Virus record (IMG/VR): IMGVR_UViG_3300012979_000003
Span: 36,254-100,253 of that record
Source of the DNA: a virus
Taxonomy: Duplodnaviria > Caudoviricetes
Length of the DNA: 64,000 nt
Direction: 5' to 3' (one strand)
The first letter of the stretch is position 1. Each line of letters opens with the position of its first letter. Shown here piece after piece: positions 10,514-26,100 of this stretch. The translations under genes and the position numbers were made by a program. The notes under the pieces were generated by a model, which saw only the letters and a list, made by a program, of their open reading frames with translations, did no database searches and was not told where the DNA came from.

Positions 10514-11194
10514 ATGACTTTAAATAACATTATTGATGATATCTTACTTATTGCACGCAACAGTAGTATATCTGAATCTGAACACTTATCTAGAGTATAG
10601 GTAGAATAGTGGATTCATAGCTACAGAGCAAAGCTAATAAAGGAAGATATAGATAAAGGTAGAGATATCAATCCAATGTATCTCACCACAATCAAAGATA
10701 TTCATTTGGATAAAGAGTAGTACGTAGATGGCCACTACGTATTTAAAGGAGATAAGAAGCTCCCCAAACTCATCGACTTTCATTATATGCCTGGCGTAGT
10801 TGCCGTTAAAGATAAATTTGGCAATCTTATTTAGATTGGTTCTGAGACAAAGATGAAGTTCCAGAAGTATCGTAAATACAATTGCCACGACTATATTGCA
10901 TATATCAAAGGAGATGACCTGTATGTTGACGGAGAATAGGACTTACTTGAGTATGTTGACATCGATGTTATTGCTGAAAATCCTGCAGAGCTTGCTGATT
11001 GTTATGATCCAAACAGTGAATATCCTGCACCTGCCGCGATGATTCCAACAATAAAGGAATTGATATTTGCCAAAGAACTTGGTATAATGCAGTAGAACTA
11101 TACGGATACCACTAACAATACGTCAGATGACCTTCAGGATGGCACTGTAGCGGCTGCTAATCGACTTAAACAAGCTAGGAGGAGATCAGTATGA
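10514..11194 (+). CDS. crAss-type tail ring/structural protein (TAG-recoded; missing from ORF track)
   Basis: MTLNNIIDDILLIARNSSISESEHLSRV(Q)VE(Q)WIHSYRAKLIKEDIDKG...; open except for TAGs until TGA overlapping the next ATG; syntenic position before IHF-like, tubular and muzzle genes. Confidence 0.7.
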
Positions 11195-11640
11195 CAGAGA
11201 CTAAAAGTCACACTACAAAGGATTTCTATGCGTCCTACAAGGCTAATATAGACCCTGATACAGTATATGATGTAGATTACAAGGTCTATAAACAAATATT
11301 GATAGATTACTTTAAGTTCTTAAGGGATGAGGTCATTGAGAACAGCAAAGAAATAAGGTTGCCGTGTAGATTAGGTTACTTAAGTATAATAAAGAAAAAG
11401 CCTAAAACTTATACAAGTGGTAGCCTTAGAGTAGATTATCATGCTACTAAGCAGTACGGTAAGGTAATTTATCATTTAAATGAACATAGTGATGGATATA
11501 AATACAGAGCTTATTGGAGTAAAAAAGACAGCTTGTTAACCAACAAGACCAAATACTAGTTCGTATTAACTAGATACAACAAACGAAGATTGGCTCAGAT
11601 AATTAAGAATCGGGAACACGATTTCGTAGAAATTTATTAA
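11191..11640 (+). CDS. IHF/HU-like protein (TAG-recoded)
   Basis: EIRLPCRLGYLSIIKK resembles the IHF/HU arm region; crAss synteny; reads through TAG 11557 to TAA 11640. Confidence 0.65.
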
Positions 11641-11641
11641 C

Positions 11642-12535
11642 ATGGTAGATAAATTAATAAGTTCTAGCGCCGTAGTTGCCAAAGTAATTGCAGATAACAA
11701 TCTTCAAGAAAAAGATATGCGTATCGCAGATATACGTGCTTGGATTGGCGAAGCTGTTGAAAAGATCGGCGCTGTAACTCAATTAGACCACAGAGTTGCG
11801 ATTATAAACATCAAAGGATATTAGGCGTAGTTGCCATGCGATTTGTACAAACTAGACCAAGTAGCCTACTCAAGTAACGGGAAAGGATGGTTGCCTATGC
11901 GTAAAACTAGTAGTGCATTTCCTGCACAGTTGAATCGTCACAGTAAGTGTCATAACTGTGAAACAAAGATGACGATACCCGATGAAGCTATATTTCAACT
12001 CACAAAGACATTATTCAATCTTACTGATGACGCAGCAGCGTTAGCCAAATTAAATGAGAATCCTGGCATACGCTCAACATTAGCTACTTTAGTGGATAAC
12101 CATACCGTAGATGTACGATATGGTTTTAAGCGTTTACATACGTATCTTCAGTACGATGTCAAACCTGGGTACTTAGTATGTCCTATGTGTGATGGACAAC
12201 TTAAAGTATCGTATTATGCAATACATACTGATAACGAAGGTATGCCTATGATTCCTGATATGTAGTCATATCAAGAAGCAATATACTGGTATGTTACTAT
12301 GAAGATGTTTTACCCTGATTACATGAAAGGTAAAATACCTCAGTACATATACAATGATATGAAAAACTCATGGAACTTCTATGCCAAACAAGCATATGCC
12401 GAAGCAATGCTCCCTAATGTGGATGGATTAGAATCTATATAGAATAATTGGAATAGATTAGTACCTGATTTAGACGACCACGATGAATTCTTTGATCATC
12501 TTGGTGATGAAGAAATAATTTATAATTGGAATTGA
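11642..12535 (+). CDS. Tail tubular/ring protein (P22 gp4-like, TAG-recoded)
   Basis: Pieces 11642 and 11831 are joined by TAG-GCG-TAG and the frame continues to TGA 12535. Motifs LPCDLY and YYAIHTDNEGMPMIPD; synteny. Confidence 0.7.
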
Positions 12536-12536
12536 T

Positions 12537-15500
12537 ATGCAGAACAGTTAGACAAATACCTTTTTAAAAGGTATGAATTTAGATACGGCAAAGGAGTTTA
12601 TCGGTTCCGACCAATACACATACGCTGAAAATATACACTTGTCTGCAAAAGATTAGACAGAAGGTTGTATAACAAATCACAAAAGCTTATATGATACTGG
12701 AGTTGCTGTTAACACCGATGGTAAAATTTTAGCAACAACGTCTGGTAGTATATATCATGAAGACTCTGTACAAGAATGCTACATCGTATTAAGTAAATTG
12801 CTTGACGGTAGCACAAATCTGTCAGCGTATATCGGAGTATCTGCTGTCGAAGAAACACCCATCAAGGTATTTGATCTCACGTCATTTACTTTAGATGTTG
12901 CTTCCGATAGGGTTAAAATGATAAATGTATATGACAATCCACATCAGTCAAATGTGTACATAGCTAGTGAAGGTAGTGAGTTGCAAGTAGTGAATCTTTA
13001 GGCAAAAAATAATCCAAATGACACGTTTTCAATATTTCCAGAAACCGGCGCATTACCACCAATGGAATTTTATAATGAAGTTGTCGGTGCGCTAGACAAT
13101 TGTAGTGTGCAATATGCATATCAATTATTCGACGTTCGCGGAAAGTATACTGCGTTATCAGCAGTAAGTTCTGTTATTCCGGTAGGAACTGGTAAACCAG
13201 GCGAATCTTCTGGACTCGGTTTGTAGTTAAAAATAACCGGTAATTTCAAAAATTATTCAAAGATACGTGTGTATAAAATAAAATACACTAGTTCGCTTGA
13301 ATTACCAAACGTGTATATAAAAGATGAAATAAATATATCTGGAAATACACAAATTATATATTAGGATACATCTGAGAAATTCCTTACCCAAATAACTTTA
13401 GATGAATTCCAAAATATAAAAAGAATTGGATTTTCTGCAGCAACTATTGAATTTTTCAACAATCGATTATATGCTGCCAACTTGACTGAAAATTTATTTA
13501 CTGTTGAGTTTGACGCTCGTACGTATCGTTGTGATGATTCAGGAACTGTAAAACTGGAGTCTGATACAAACGTGCAAGAAACTATAACAACAACAATGGT
13601 TGATGCGGTCAAGCCGAATACAATTGCTCAAGATCATGATGCAATAAATCCGTCATTGCGGTCAGTTTCTGATGAAAAATATAGTTACACCAACAAATTT
13701 GGAAATTTGTTTTTAGGTGGTTCTGGGCCGAATGTGGATTATTGTTTTGTTCATCCATACGTATATTTATCTGCAAACAACTCTGTGTGTATTGAGCCTG
13801 GCGCAGATTCAAATGTAGTTAGTTCAGATTTGTCGTTCAATAGTGGAAGTTTTACTTTAAGTGCCATAAATGGGTCTAAATTCTATGCCCCGTGTACAAT
13901 CCCATCCGGAACAAGTCAATTTGTGACCGAAGACTACATTGATTACGATGATATAGCCTATGTGGCTAAAGACAAATCATTCAAGGATACGTACTTTAGT
14001 ACGAAATTCAGGGGTTATAAACGAGGTGAGATATACTCGTTTGGTATAGTGTTTTATAACCGAAAACACTAGCCGTCACAAGTGCATTGGATAGGTGATA
14101 TAAAAATACCAAACTCTGACTATCCGTACATTGCTGCATACAGTGATGGTGACACACAACATGATTGTGTTGGTAGCTCCGTAGGTATACGATTTAAAGT
14201 TGACTTATCAAACATAGATAAGACAACGCGCGAAGACATTTCAGCATTTGAAATCGTAAGATGTGACCGAACGGTTGCCGATAAGACAATATTGTGTCAG
14301 GGTATATGCAGTAAGTTGAATGGTGGGTACTTTAGTAAAGAAGATGGATTTCCTGACAAAACGGGATTTGGAAAATTATTAAATACACCTTTTTGCAAAA
14401 ACGTATTTACTGAAATACGTATGATAGATCACTTAAGTGATATATCATACTCTGTGAACAGAGAGCGTCCTTATGCAAATGCTGTTGCGTTTATTTCTCC
14501 AGAAGTATCAACAAATCGTGAATCGGTTGAGGGACTGTTAGACGGAGCAAAAAATGTACAAGTTAAAGGATTTTTAACATCTGTTATATACAATGAATCT
14601 CCTTTTGAAAGGCTTGGCGACGGACTAATCGTATTTAAAAATATAACATAGGGAATAGTATATACTACTGATCGCCCAGAAGCAAAAGCTAAAGTACAAG
14701 GTCGTATTGTTGGGCAATATGATAATCATGATACCAGACCGCGCTATGTGTTCGGAATTACTTCCACAAATAGTTTGCGGAACGAAAACGATTCTATTCT
14801 TACTGACACACTATATAAACTTTTCACTCCGGTTGTTGACAGCCAATAGTCAGAAATTAAAACTATAAATTTGAACGCATACAAATACATAGCCCCATAC
14901 GATCCAATATAGCAATATTCCCCAATTTCGCTAGACAACACAGCTGTCGGTGATTTAGCATTTCAAAATATATGTAATGGTTTTCCATTAGGAGCTGACC
15001 CGACTGGCGACATAGGTAAATATTTTGGTGCGGGTGGTCCAAAATTAATATTGCTTGGAGATTTCTACAATCTTTAGATACTTGATGGTAGTGATGTACA
15101 CATTGCGTTGAATGACAAACTCAAACAAGTTGATGATTTTGTCAGATATGATACGTTTGCTAACAATATTCGAAATGTGTCGGAAATATTGCAAGTTGCT
15201 GTGCCAATAGTAGAGCTTACATAGGACGTTGGTAATTAGTATGGGGGGTTTTCAAAAACTGCCAGACTTAGCCGATCATATTAGTCAATTGGTTGTTACA
15301 GTAGTGTGGAAAAGGACGAATCTGTTTTTTACGTGAACTGCTTTGGCGGAGATACGTTTATTGAGTTGCACAACGATGTTTGGTCATCGTATATGACAAG
15401 GATTAAAAGTGATGGTGATACTTTTTCAGAAACACGTAACACTACTGTCAGAATATCATATCCTGTCGAGACCAGTATTAACCTTAGTAGGACGTATGGA

Positions 15501-16649
15501 ATTGACTTGTAGAACCCTAAATACCTTTACGAACGCAAAGTCTTACAGGATCCTGCTTAGGTAGACAGTTACGTACAGACTGAACAACTAAACGCATACA
15601 ACGATGCATACTCGCCGCACGCAACAAACATCATACATGTTGCACCTGGTTTATACGATTATGATAATAAACATTTGTTATATAGGGTGGTGGTGTCAAA
15701 TGTTAAAAACTTTGGTGAAGTTGAAGACAAGCTTCAAGATTTCGATACACTGAATTACTTAGATGTTGACGCAAAGTACGGCCCAATTACTAATTTGATT
15801 TCAAACAAAGAAAGGCTGTATTATACACAATCCAGGTGTTTTGGAATGATCTCTTCTGAAGAAAGATCATTGGTGTAGGATACAAGTGGTTCGAGTCTAT
15901 TGTTGGGTACAGGTACAGTACTGCAAAGATATATTACCATGAGTGTTGATTATGGTGACGATATTATCAATGACCACAGTATATTGTGTTCTGATTCTGG
16001 CATATATTGGTTCGACTCATTGGCAAAAGATTTAGTATTGTACGACGGAAGTAGGATAGGTGGGTTATCTAATACAAAAAATGTAAATGGTTTTTTCAAA
16101 GCCATAAAATCTGAAATACATTCTGGAAGAAATCGCCAATCCGGTGAAATATGGTTTAAAGCAAAAGACGATAATAGGGCATTAATTTACAATGAAAATA
16201 TTGGTCAATTTGTGTCATATTATACAGACAATGTTGAATATATTTCGTTAATGAAAGGGTGTTCCGTCGGAATAGATGTTTCCAAAAATCAGCTGATAAA
16301 ACTTCATGACAATGAAGCTGGGGTTAAGCACAATAGTATGATACATTTTGTAGTTAATGATAACCCGTTAATAGTAAAAGTGTTTGATACTTTAGTTGTG
16401 GTTGATACAAATCTTCCAACACATGACGGAAACAATTTGCAATATCAATTTGAGTGCAAAACTACAAGACAAACCAGCACTTAGCGTGCAAATGGTAGAG
16501 CGTCTACAGAAGGTGTTTATTACTTACCAATCGGCAGAGATGAAAATGCAGAACGTATGCGAGGAAGGACGCTTACGGTAAAATTTGTAGCAAACGGTGA
16601 ATTCAACATTCCTTCAATACAAACAGTATATAGATAGTCAAGAGCATGA
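12537..16649 (+). CDS. Tail stabilisation/muzzle protein (P22 gp10-like), ~1370 aa, TAG-recoded
   Basis: All fragments (12798, 13482, 14082, 15306, 15675, 15900) share one frame. Start MQNS(Q)TNTFLKGMNLD; motifs GYKRGEIYSFGIVFYN, YLDVDAKYGPIT, LGTGTVLQRY, RMRGR; ends TGA overlapping the next ATG. Confidence 0.8.
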
Positions 16650-18100
16650 TAAATAAAATATTGGGTGGGGTTGGTTCATTCCTCGGTAATTTTGGAGAGA
16701 ACGCTGCACTTGGTTCAAGCATTGGTGGAGCATTTGGACCAATAGGAGGATTAATTGGCGGTGGCGTAGGGCTCATATCCGATTTACTTAATAATGATGA
16801 AGAAGAATAGTTAAAACAGATGCGAAAGCGTGAAAGCAATCTGAAACAGTATGGTGAAAACAGAGCCATGACATAGGCATTACGCGCTGATTGGGTTGCA
16901 AACAGCAATCCTGTGATGGCAGCAAAAGACGGTGGAGAAATACCAGTTTAGGCAATGGTTGCACCTGGAGAAGTCGTTGTCACTGAAGATGGACGTGTTG
17001 TACACGTAAAGGGAAATGGCAACAAAGATAATGTGCCTTGGACCGGCGGGCCTGCCACAGTGTTTGGTAATTTAAAAATGCCAGGCACAAATACAAAGTT
17101 TAAAGATTTTGCCAAAACGCATTATAAAGAAACAAGAGAAAATTCAAATACCGCTGAAGGCACATTAAAGGCTTAGGCAGCGACTGCAAAAATATTAAGC
17201 AACATGTAGAAAAACGTACAGCGATAGTAGAACATTGGGCCAAAAACAGCTGTAGTGACTCCCAAAAATCTGAAAAACATTAAAAACGCGAAAGTTCCGG
17301 CAGCTGAAACAGGTATCGACTATAATACGCTTTTGCAGCAAAACTTGGATATTATGAAGAAAGCTGCAGCAACGGCACAACAAACTATCGATTAGCAAAA
17401 CGAAACTAATTTCAGAACTAGTTTGGCAGATGCAACGCCTGTTAAAACAACAACCCCTATTGTAGGCAGTGAAAGAAAATTTAATTGGAAAAATGTGTTA
17501 AATTCGTTTACAAATGCGGTTCCGGCAATTGGACAAATGGCCATGCTTTACGGTAACGCTCGTGAAAACAACATGGCACCGGATCAAGTTCCTATTAACT
17601 ACAATCGGTTAACACCGGCTGCAATTAGATTGGGATATAACAACACGTACGATTTACTTGGGGGTTTGAATGACGTTAATGACTTAAACCGCACAATGAC
17701 TTATAATGCTAATATGCTAGGGAATAGTTCAGGTGTCAGTACTATGTAGAAAATAGCAGCTCATGCAAAATCATTAGACGCCATGCGTAACGTGCACCAT
17801 GATTACAGTGTTGCGTAGGCAGAAGCGAATAGAGCACTTGGTGATTTTCTACATAAAGCTGGTGCAGAAGATGTTGTTGCTGAAAATTACCAACAGGATT
17901 TGCAAGCTAGAAACAATGCTGCCGCATATAAAGCTAGACAAACCAATAGACGAGATATCGCAAACGCATACGCTAAGATTGGCACAGATATGAAAGGCAA
18001 TGCTAACAATGATGCGTTAATGGCAATATTACAACCATACTTAGCACACGGAATAGATCAGGAAACTCTCGATAGTGTGTTAAGTAAATTAACAGTGTAA
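16646..18100 (+). CDS. Injected cargo protein with N-terminal glycine-zipper segment (TAG-recoded)
   Basis: ATGA overlap; GSSIGGAFGPIGGLIGGGVGLI; fragments 16955, 17423 and 17900 are in frame; position after muzzle. Confidence 0.7.
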
Positions 18101-18103
18101 TCC

Positions 18104-20170
18104 ATGAATAGATATTATGAACCAGTAAGCATTGATTTCTAGAGTACTTATGTACCAATACCTTTTTAGGAATTGGTTACCATAGGTAGAGAGTTAAATG
18201 CTCGTAGAGATGCTGCCGAAAAGCAGTTGCGTGACGCAAATAGAGAATGGGGTAAGTTTTAGACAATGTCTGACGTAGATCGTGCTGCATACAATGAGGA
18301 AACGTTTGATAGAATGAAACCGTTGTTGGATCAGTTCGCATCTGATCCAAATATGATAAAAACTGCAGCTGGACAAGCAGCTATATCCAACCTTATTAAT
18401 AACACAGATTATGGTAAATTGGCTTAGCTTGAGTTAGGCGCGAAAGCGTATGCACAGCGTGCTGAAAACATAGCTAAGTTAGAGGCTGCGGGTAAGTACA
18501 ACAAGGACTGGGATGACGTCAACATGAAGGCGTGGGATACACTGAATCAAGGCGTGGTGGGCTTATCACCCTTGGAGTATAGAAGTGTTGTTGACATAGT
18601 GAAACCGTTCTTGAACGACCTTGGTGAAAAATCATAGCGTACAGGCACAGGATATATTTGGAAAGGTAAAAGTAGAGACATGGTTGAGCATCAAGTACAA
18701 CAAAACATGTCGGCAATATTAAATTCGCCGTTTTCGTAGGCGCACATTCGTTCAATCATGCGTAACAATCCTAGCATGTCTGAAGATGATGCTGTTAAAC
18801 AATACATGCAATAGGTAATGACGGCGTCACATGAATTTGAAACTAGTTCATTGACAGCGGATCCAGTTTATATTCAACAAATGGTAAACGACCGTTATTT
18901 AAATAAGGGAAGTGGTAGTTCGGATAGTTCATCACCGTTGCAAGATTGGATGTCTAGAAATGGTAAAGTTAGTCAAGACACACATGCTGCAAATTTCGAC
19001 GAATTTGCATCAGATGACTACAAAGACATGGCTGCACAACGCAATGCAAATTAGGCAGGAATATTGGCTCGAGCTAAAGAATTACAAGCAGTATTGAATG
19101 ATTCAGCATCTTCCGCAGAGGCAAAAGAGTCAGCTAAACAGCAATTGCAGACACTAGAACAACAATACGTTGAGACAGCAAAACTTGCAGAAGCAGAGGA
19201 CAAGCATGAAATTGTACAAGGGGCTTTAACTAAATACGTTACAGGTTTAAAAGGAATGGGTAACTTCTTTGACGAAAGTAGTCAGTTATGGACTGGTGAA
19301 TATGAAGGTGGTGGTAGCGAAGATAGTCGTAGACACAAATATTCTGCTTTTGCTCTCGATGCTCCGTATACTTCCACAACACAATCTGCAAAGAAAACTC
19401 GCGCAAGGGAATACGGTAACGTATTCGATCTAAATAGTGAGAAATACAATGAAGGTTGGTTTAAAGATGACAATAAATACTCAAATTCTGATGTTGATGA
19501 CTTGTTTAATCATGTTGCTAACGTTGTAATGATACCTTCTGAAAATGGAAACGTTAAGGCTGTTGAAGAGTATCTTTTCAAAAATCTTACAAATTATGGA
19601 GGAGATCAAAGCGGTTATGATTTACCTAGTAAATTTAGAATAAAGTCTACTGCGCAGTTCCTTGGCGAATATGATCCAATGCTAAAAGAATAGGCAAACT
19701 CTGCTGGGATTAATCTAGATCTATTGCGGCGTGATGACTTTCCTATACCGCAGTGGTTAAATGGAAATGGTGATGGTAAGATAAGTGGCGCTAAGGTACA
19801 CGACATAGTAGGTCTAAACTTTAGTACAGATTTACACAACCGCAGACAGGTTGATATTCTGATGAACGTTGACGTTCCTTTATCTGAAATAGAAAGACTG
19901 TCTGGTTCGTGGACAAGCGACGAAGATGATTTGCGCGAACTTCATTTTCAAATAGTTGGCGGTGTTGGGGAAGGTGCTGAAAAATACGTTAGAGTGCCAG
20001 TAGTTACTACAAGACCATACGATGTTAACTTTAGTTCGTTTGTAAATCCCACATACCAACATCAGGTAAACATGCCGTCAACAGCAATTCGCGATAATGA
20101 AGCATACCGCAGTTTGTTAGAATACATGGCTTATGGAATATCTCCAGCCGATCAATATGTAAACAATTAA
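18104..20170 (+). CDS. Cargo protein upstream of virion RNAP (TAG-recoded)
   Basis: MNRYYEPVSIDF(Q)STYVPIPF(Q)EL start; fragments 18818, 19064 and 19724 are in frame; TAA at 20170. Confidence 0.7.
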
Positions 20171-20171
20171 T

Positions 20172-23100
20172 ATGGAAAACAGTAAATATATACCAAAAAG
20201 ATCTCTATTTACGAGCTCATTTTCAAGTCTTACTAACAGTACAACCCCCGCTGTAAATTCTGCATACGATCCTGACTATGGGTTTACTGATTGGTTTAGT
20301 GACATGACGTCTGCATTTTACAGATCTTTGCAGTAGGGTGAAATGGAGGAGAGTCTGGACATCATCGCGAAGGCGTAGCAAGATAAAAACGATGCACAAG
20401 CGTATAAAGAATACCTTGAACTCACTGCTGAAATGACTGATGATGAACTGGAGATGTTTAAGAATTCAGAAGATTACAAATTCTATTCAGACAAGTTAGA
20501 AAGTCTGCGCAAAAACGGCATGTGGACAAATAACAATGAACCAACGTTATAGAATTTGGATCAAATAATACAACAATCTGATTCTGATATATCGGAGGCT
20601 TAGAAAAATTACGCCATCGATAGAGAACAGTATCAATCCAGTATAAGAAATAATGATATAAGTCAGTATTATACGTCCAAAAGCAACGAAGAGGTTATGA
20701 ATTTTGGCAACCTCTTCTTCAAAATGCCTGCCACAATGGGTACTAGTAATACTAGTGCCGGTTGGTAGGCAATTAGTATGCTTGGTGCATTTGTTGGCTC
20801 CAAGGTTGGTACTTGGCTTGGTGGTATTAGTGGTAGTTTTATTGGCCCTGAAGGAACTGCTGCGGGTGCTATGGTCGGAAACGTGTTGGGTTCAGCATTA
20901 GGTTCTTTGCCTGGAAATATCATGGCTAGAAAGGGCGAATCACACATGGAAGCTTTTGCTGGCATAAAGCAGAGAGCCTTGGATGAACTAGCAAAATAGG
21001 GTGTGGACACTTCTGGTGTAATACAAGCAGTTAAAGATCAGTATAAACAAGCTGGCATCGATACTTATGGTATGACTGATGACATGCTGTTGTCTGAGGC
21101 AATGACTAACCCGGATATTCGATCTGGTAACAAGCTATTCGATGAGATTGTAAGCGAATCTTACAAAGGCTCTAGACGTCTGTATGAACGAAACATGGCT
21201 CTTGGTGCGGGTGAGGTTCTTTCAGATATGTCCTACTTTATCCCACTGTCTAAGTGGGCCACAAACGGTTTAAAATCAGCTTATAATGGTATTGCTAGAG
21301 GTTTGACAAAACGAGCATTGGCTGGCACACAGGTTGCTAGAAAATCATTAGATACTGCCATAGGTAATATCACAAAGAAGGTTCATTGGGATTTCTGGAA
21401 AAACGGTTTAGTTGGTACCGGTATTAGGTCACTGATAGAGGGATCTGAAGAAGGTACGCAAGGTATGTGGACTGACGAGTTCATTAAAGGTATGTATGAC
21501 GATGAATACGCAAACGATTCATTTTTGGATGCACTCGGTAGTGGTCAAATTGTAGAAGATATCGCAGAGAGTACTCTGAAACGTGGTAGATCTCTGTTGG
21601 CTGCGTTTACTCCATTTGACCCTATATACTCGGATGACCAACAGCTGCTGGAACAAATCGTAAGTGGTATGATGTTGCCATTAACTAGTCCACAAGCCAT
21701 GATTGGTAGCGCTAGTAACTTTTATGACTACGTTAAGTAGGTGCAAGCGTCAAAACAGTTTGAGCAATTGTACTCTAACGCATTACTTGAACACGAACAG
21801 TTTGATAGAGTTGTGGCGTTAAATAAAATGTTGCGCGAGGAGAAAATATCATTCGACCAGTATCAGAATATTATGGACAATATTGCTGAGCAACTCAAAT
21901 CTGGCAAATACGATACCAGTACTTTGAGTGAGGACGGTTAGACTCAAATGTCCAATGACGATATTGACAAATTTGTAGCAGCACAAAAGCAAAGTCATAA
22001 AATATTATCAGGCATACAGAAGAAGTATAAAAAGATCGCTGATGAATTTGGATTGTCTGACGAAGATGCAGACTACTACTACGCGTTAAAATTCCGTGCC
22101 AGAAACGGAAAGGTGAATACTGGAAATCAGTTGATTCAAAGTAATCTCCAGAAGTTGCAATAGATTTCAAGATTAACTGAATCCGATGAATTCTCTGAAG
22201 CAGTTGCTCGCGAATTAGGGGATGAAATAGTTTCTAAATCTGGAGATGCGTTGAAACCACTGATGGCCAGATTGGCTGTACTGAACCGACAGATAGAAAT
22301 TCTTGACGCGCAATTAGCTAAAGAAATAACAACCGCTTAGTTTCAATCAGCACTTGCTGAAAGAGCTGGTAGCATTGAAACTAATGTTTTGACTTTGGCA
22401 AATACGGCTAATTCTTCTTTAAATGTTAAAGACAAATTAGTGAAAGAGCGTCGTGAACTGATTAAGAATATTAATAAGTTGTATGATGCAGCTGAAATGG
22501 ATAAGCACAGTGAATGGTGGTTTGAAAATTTTGATGGTATTTCCGAAGATCAGGTTGAGGAACTCAACGAGTTACTTCAAAAAACTAACAGTCATCTTGT
22601 TACTGCGGATATGTTCAAGATTGCGGATGAATCTTTATCAAACGATAAACAAGCAACAATAGATAAAATTACGGCCGCAAAGAACAGAGTTCGCAGACAA
22701 CATGTTTTGGCAGATGCTGCTGATGCTGCGGCTAGAGAAGTTACACCAACATCTGCACAGTCATACCAAGCCTCATCGTCTGAAACACTTGACGAACAAA
22801 TCAATACGATGCGTGGGGAAATACAAACTGAAGTAGATCAGTTTGATTCTGTATTAAGTAACATTCCTGTTACGCATCCCATGTATCGTTTAGCACAGAC
22901 GTTGCGAAGAGGAATTGCTTTGGCGGACACTGCTGAATCAAAAGCCGCATTTATCCAAAATAGGGCAGAATCGTTGTCTAAATACTACGATAAAGAGTCT
23001 GCTAGAGAAGATGCTACCGAAGAAGAAAAGAATCTTGCAAAACAGCTGCGCGACCATGCCAAAACAATTGCAACAAGGTATCAAAACATAAACAATGCTG

Positions 23101-26100
23101 TAGTTGAAAGCAAGGCGCGTAAACAAGTTCACAATCCCAGATTTGACAATCACAGTACCGTATATACTGATGAGGCAGGCAATCGTTATCAATTCAGTAT
23201 GCAAAATGCAAGATATACTGAAGAGGGCGGCTTGGAATTACAAATGTTTAACGCTACAGAACACGATAGACGTAGACGTGAAACAGAAGAAACTTTGAAA
23301 TTGATTGAAACGCAGCGTAAAGAAATAGACAAACGCTTGCAACAAGCGATAGCAGACACAGAAAGGGAAGAGCAGGAAAAACTAGACTCTGGAGTATTTA
23401 CTTCGGATCAGATTGCTGACATTCAAGAAGAATACACTGAAAGGTTAGATGGTCTACGCAGAGATAGAGATGCCGAACAAGAACAACTAAATTCATTGGA
23501 GGATTCTCTGAAGAAGAGTCTAAATGCCGGCATATAGTATGAAACTGTGAATGTGAATGAGCAGCGAGACTTTTTGAATAGTCTGAAACACACAGACAAC
23601 AAAGGAAACGTCAAAGAGTTTAAAACCCATCTTGACAAACTTGTAAAAGATGTAGATAAAGCGATTGAAAAGCATAAATAGAACAGACAAGACTATAAAG
23701 ATACTCAGTATCATGAAGGCGATGTTGTTATAGATAACACCAGCGCAACAGACAAGATGAAGAGTCTTACTGATATGGTAGAAAATGCTGAAGATCGCGC
23801 TTTACGTGTGCACGCATACCCGTTGAGAAATTCCGATGGTGCAAAATCACAAACAAAACTTGGAAATCCTCACTTTAGAGCAGAATACTGGCGTGGGTAC
23901 ATTTATATGCCTTATAATGACGTAGCGGATCTGATTGAATCGTTCTCTAAGAACCTAAAAGGATCTACTGAACAAGAAAGAAAAGATGAGCTTAATGCAA
24001 AACTCGTATTTGAAAGCGGTGGTAAAAAATACAATCGCAAAAACGCTGTGATCGCTTTTCACGAATTAGCTAAAGCTTTGGCCAGTTCTAGGATAACGAA
24101 TAAACAAGCTACTGATTTTATAAATGCACTTATCGAAGGAAAAGATATCGAAGTAGGCAAGTTAAAGTTTACAAAAAGTCAGTGGGAAAACCTTGTAGCG
24201 GCTTTGCCAGTTACTCAAGTGTTGTATCAACCTCGTGCCGGTTATGCCAGAGAAGTATTGCCTGACTTGGGTAGCATGAAGAAAACAGAACACAACACTG
24301 AAGCAGAAACAAAACATCGTGAAGAACTCATTGCAAACCTTGTTTTGAGTTATAATCCAGATGTGGTTAAAAATGCATCTGAAGCTGAATTGGATTCAAT
24401 TGCTGCTTTCGACAGCAAAGCTGAAGACAAGCACGCTGCTAAACGGAACAACGGTGTCATTGTTAGACCAGGCATGGTTGTGGTAGTATCTAGCGCGTTC
24501 AATCAAAAAGTCGTAACCACTGCCGATACATCAGATTCAGTATTCTTGGATGAAACTGGCAACGAGTTGACCGATCGCGAATTGCGGGAACAGTATGAAA
24601 ATTCAGCCATGGCTGCTCAAGCAAACATTGACATAAATCAGTTGGCAGACATACTTGTGTCGCTTGGTTATGGTGAACCGTCTGACGTTGCAGCTGCGTT
24701 GCACGCAATCGATTCAAAAACAAACCAATCCGGATTGTACACACTTACATTGGGGGCACTTAAGTATGGTGACGGATATATTAAACAAGAGACATTCCTT
24801 CTCAACTATGTTAAACCTGTACTTGGTTTGGCGAAAACGACTGGTAACAAGAAAGCTGCTGCTAATTTGAGAGCCAAAGGCATCTTGAATGCTTTTAGAA
24901 ATTTTGTACCACAGTCTTTCAGAAGCTACAGGGATGTTCAATTTGAGACAGGCAATACACCATCTGTAGAAGTTACGGTTAATGACGCATTGTAGAATTT
25001 TTACGGCAGTAAGATAAAAATTTCATATAATGGCGAAGAACTATTGTTCCAACCAAAAACACAGCGTGGTAGTAAGGGATACAGAGAGGAAGCTGCCAGC
25101 ATTAGAGATTCTGCATACGTAAGCCGTGTTTCTAGACTTATGGAAACGTTGGAAGAAGTGCTGACAAAAAGCACTTCCGCTGATCAATTCTGGCAAGAAA
25201 TAACCGATTTAGGTTTCACATTTGACGGTGGCAGAATCAATGCTGAAGAAGTACTTAAAGAGTATTTCAATAACAGAAAATTCCAGCTGTTAAAAACGCC
25301 TACAAACATAGTAAATGCTATTACTTTGGGTAAGTCTACACCTTTGAACGATGATATAAATTACGACCAATTTAGAACAAAAACAGCAGTTGTTCAGAGT
25401 AACTTGAACGAGGTTGATTCATTAGGTCTTATCAAAAATAAGGCTGGCGAATACGTGTTCTCTATTGAAAAGTGGCGTCGTAAAACAGACGATGAAAGTG
25501 CGGAAGCTGCCAACGAAGAAGTAGACAAAAAGTTATAGGAGTTTGCTGTATCTCGTACAGAGGTTGAAAATGATCGTAAAGCGTACAAAGCAACACTCAA
25601 GGCGATTAACTACAAGGACAAGAACTTGCTTAGTGACTTTTTCAACAGTTTGATTGAATCTTACTCAGAAGAAGAACAAAACAGTATTCGTGAACAATTT
25701 AAAACCACCAAGCAAGACTTGAGTAGGCTTGTTGATAAGGTGGTAGATGATAAAATTGCTGCACTGGATACACAAGAGCAAGCGTATATGGAGCAGCAAG
25801 AGGCTGAAGCGTTAAAAGAAATCGAAGAAGCTGTCATCGAAGACTTCTCTGATAGAATGTCTTCCCCGTTGGTGTTTGTTGTTGGTGGTCCTGCGGCAAG
25901 AGGTACCGATAAAGGTTCAGCTATTTATGTGGACAAATACGGCAACAAGCACGTCATGAAAAACGTTCCTGCTACACCTGGATCGATTTATTTGCTATTG
26001 CCGAAGTTGTTACATCCAAATGGCGTAAAAGCATTGATGAAGCTGAATCCAAAAAGTTTTGATGATTCTATGATTAATGTATTGTTGACATTGTTTAGCA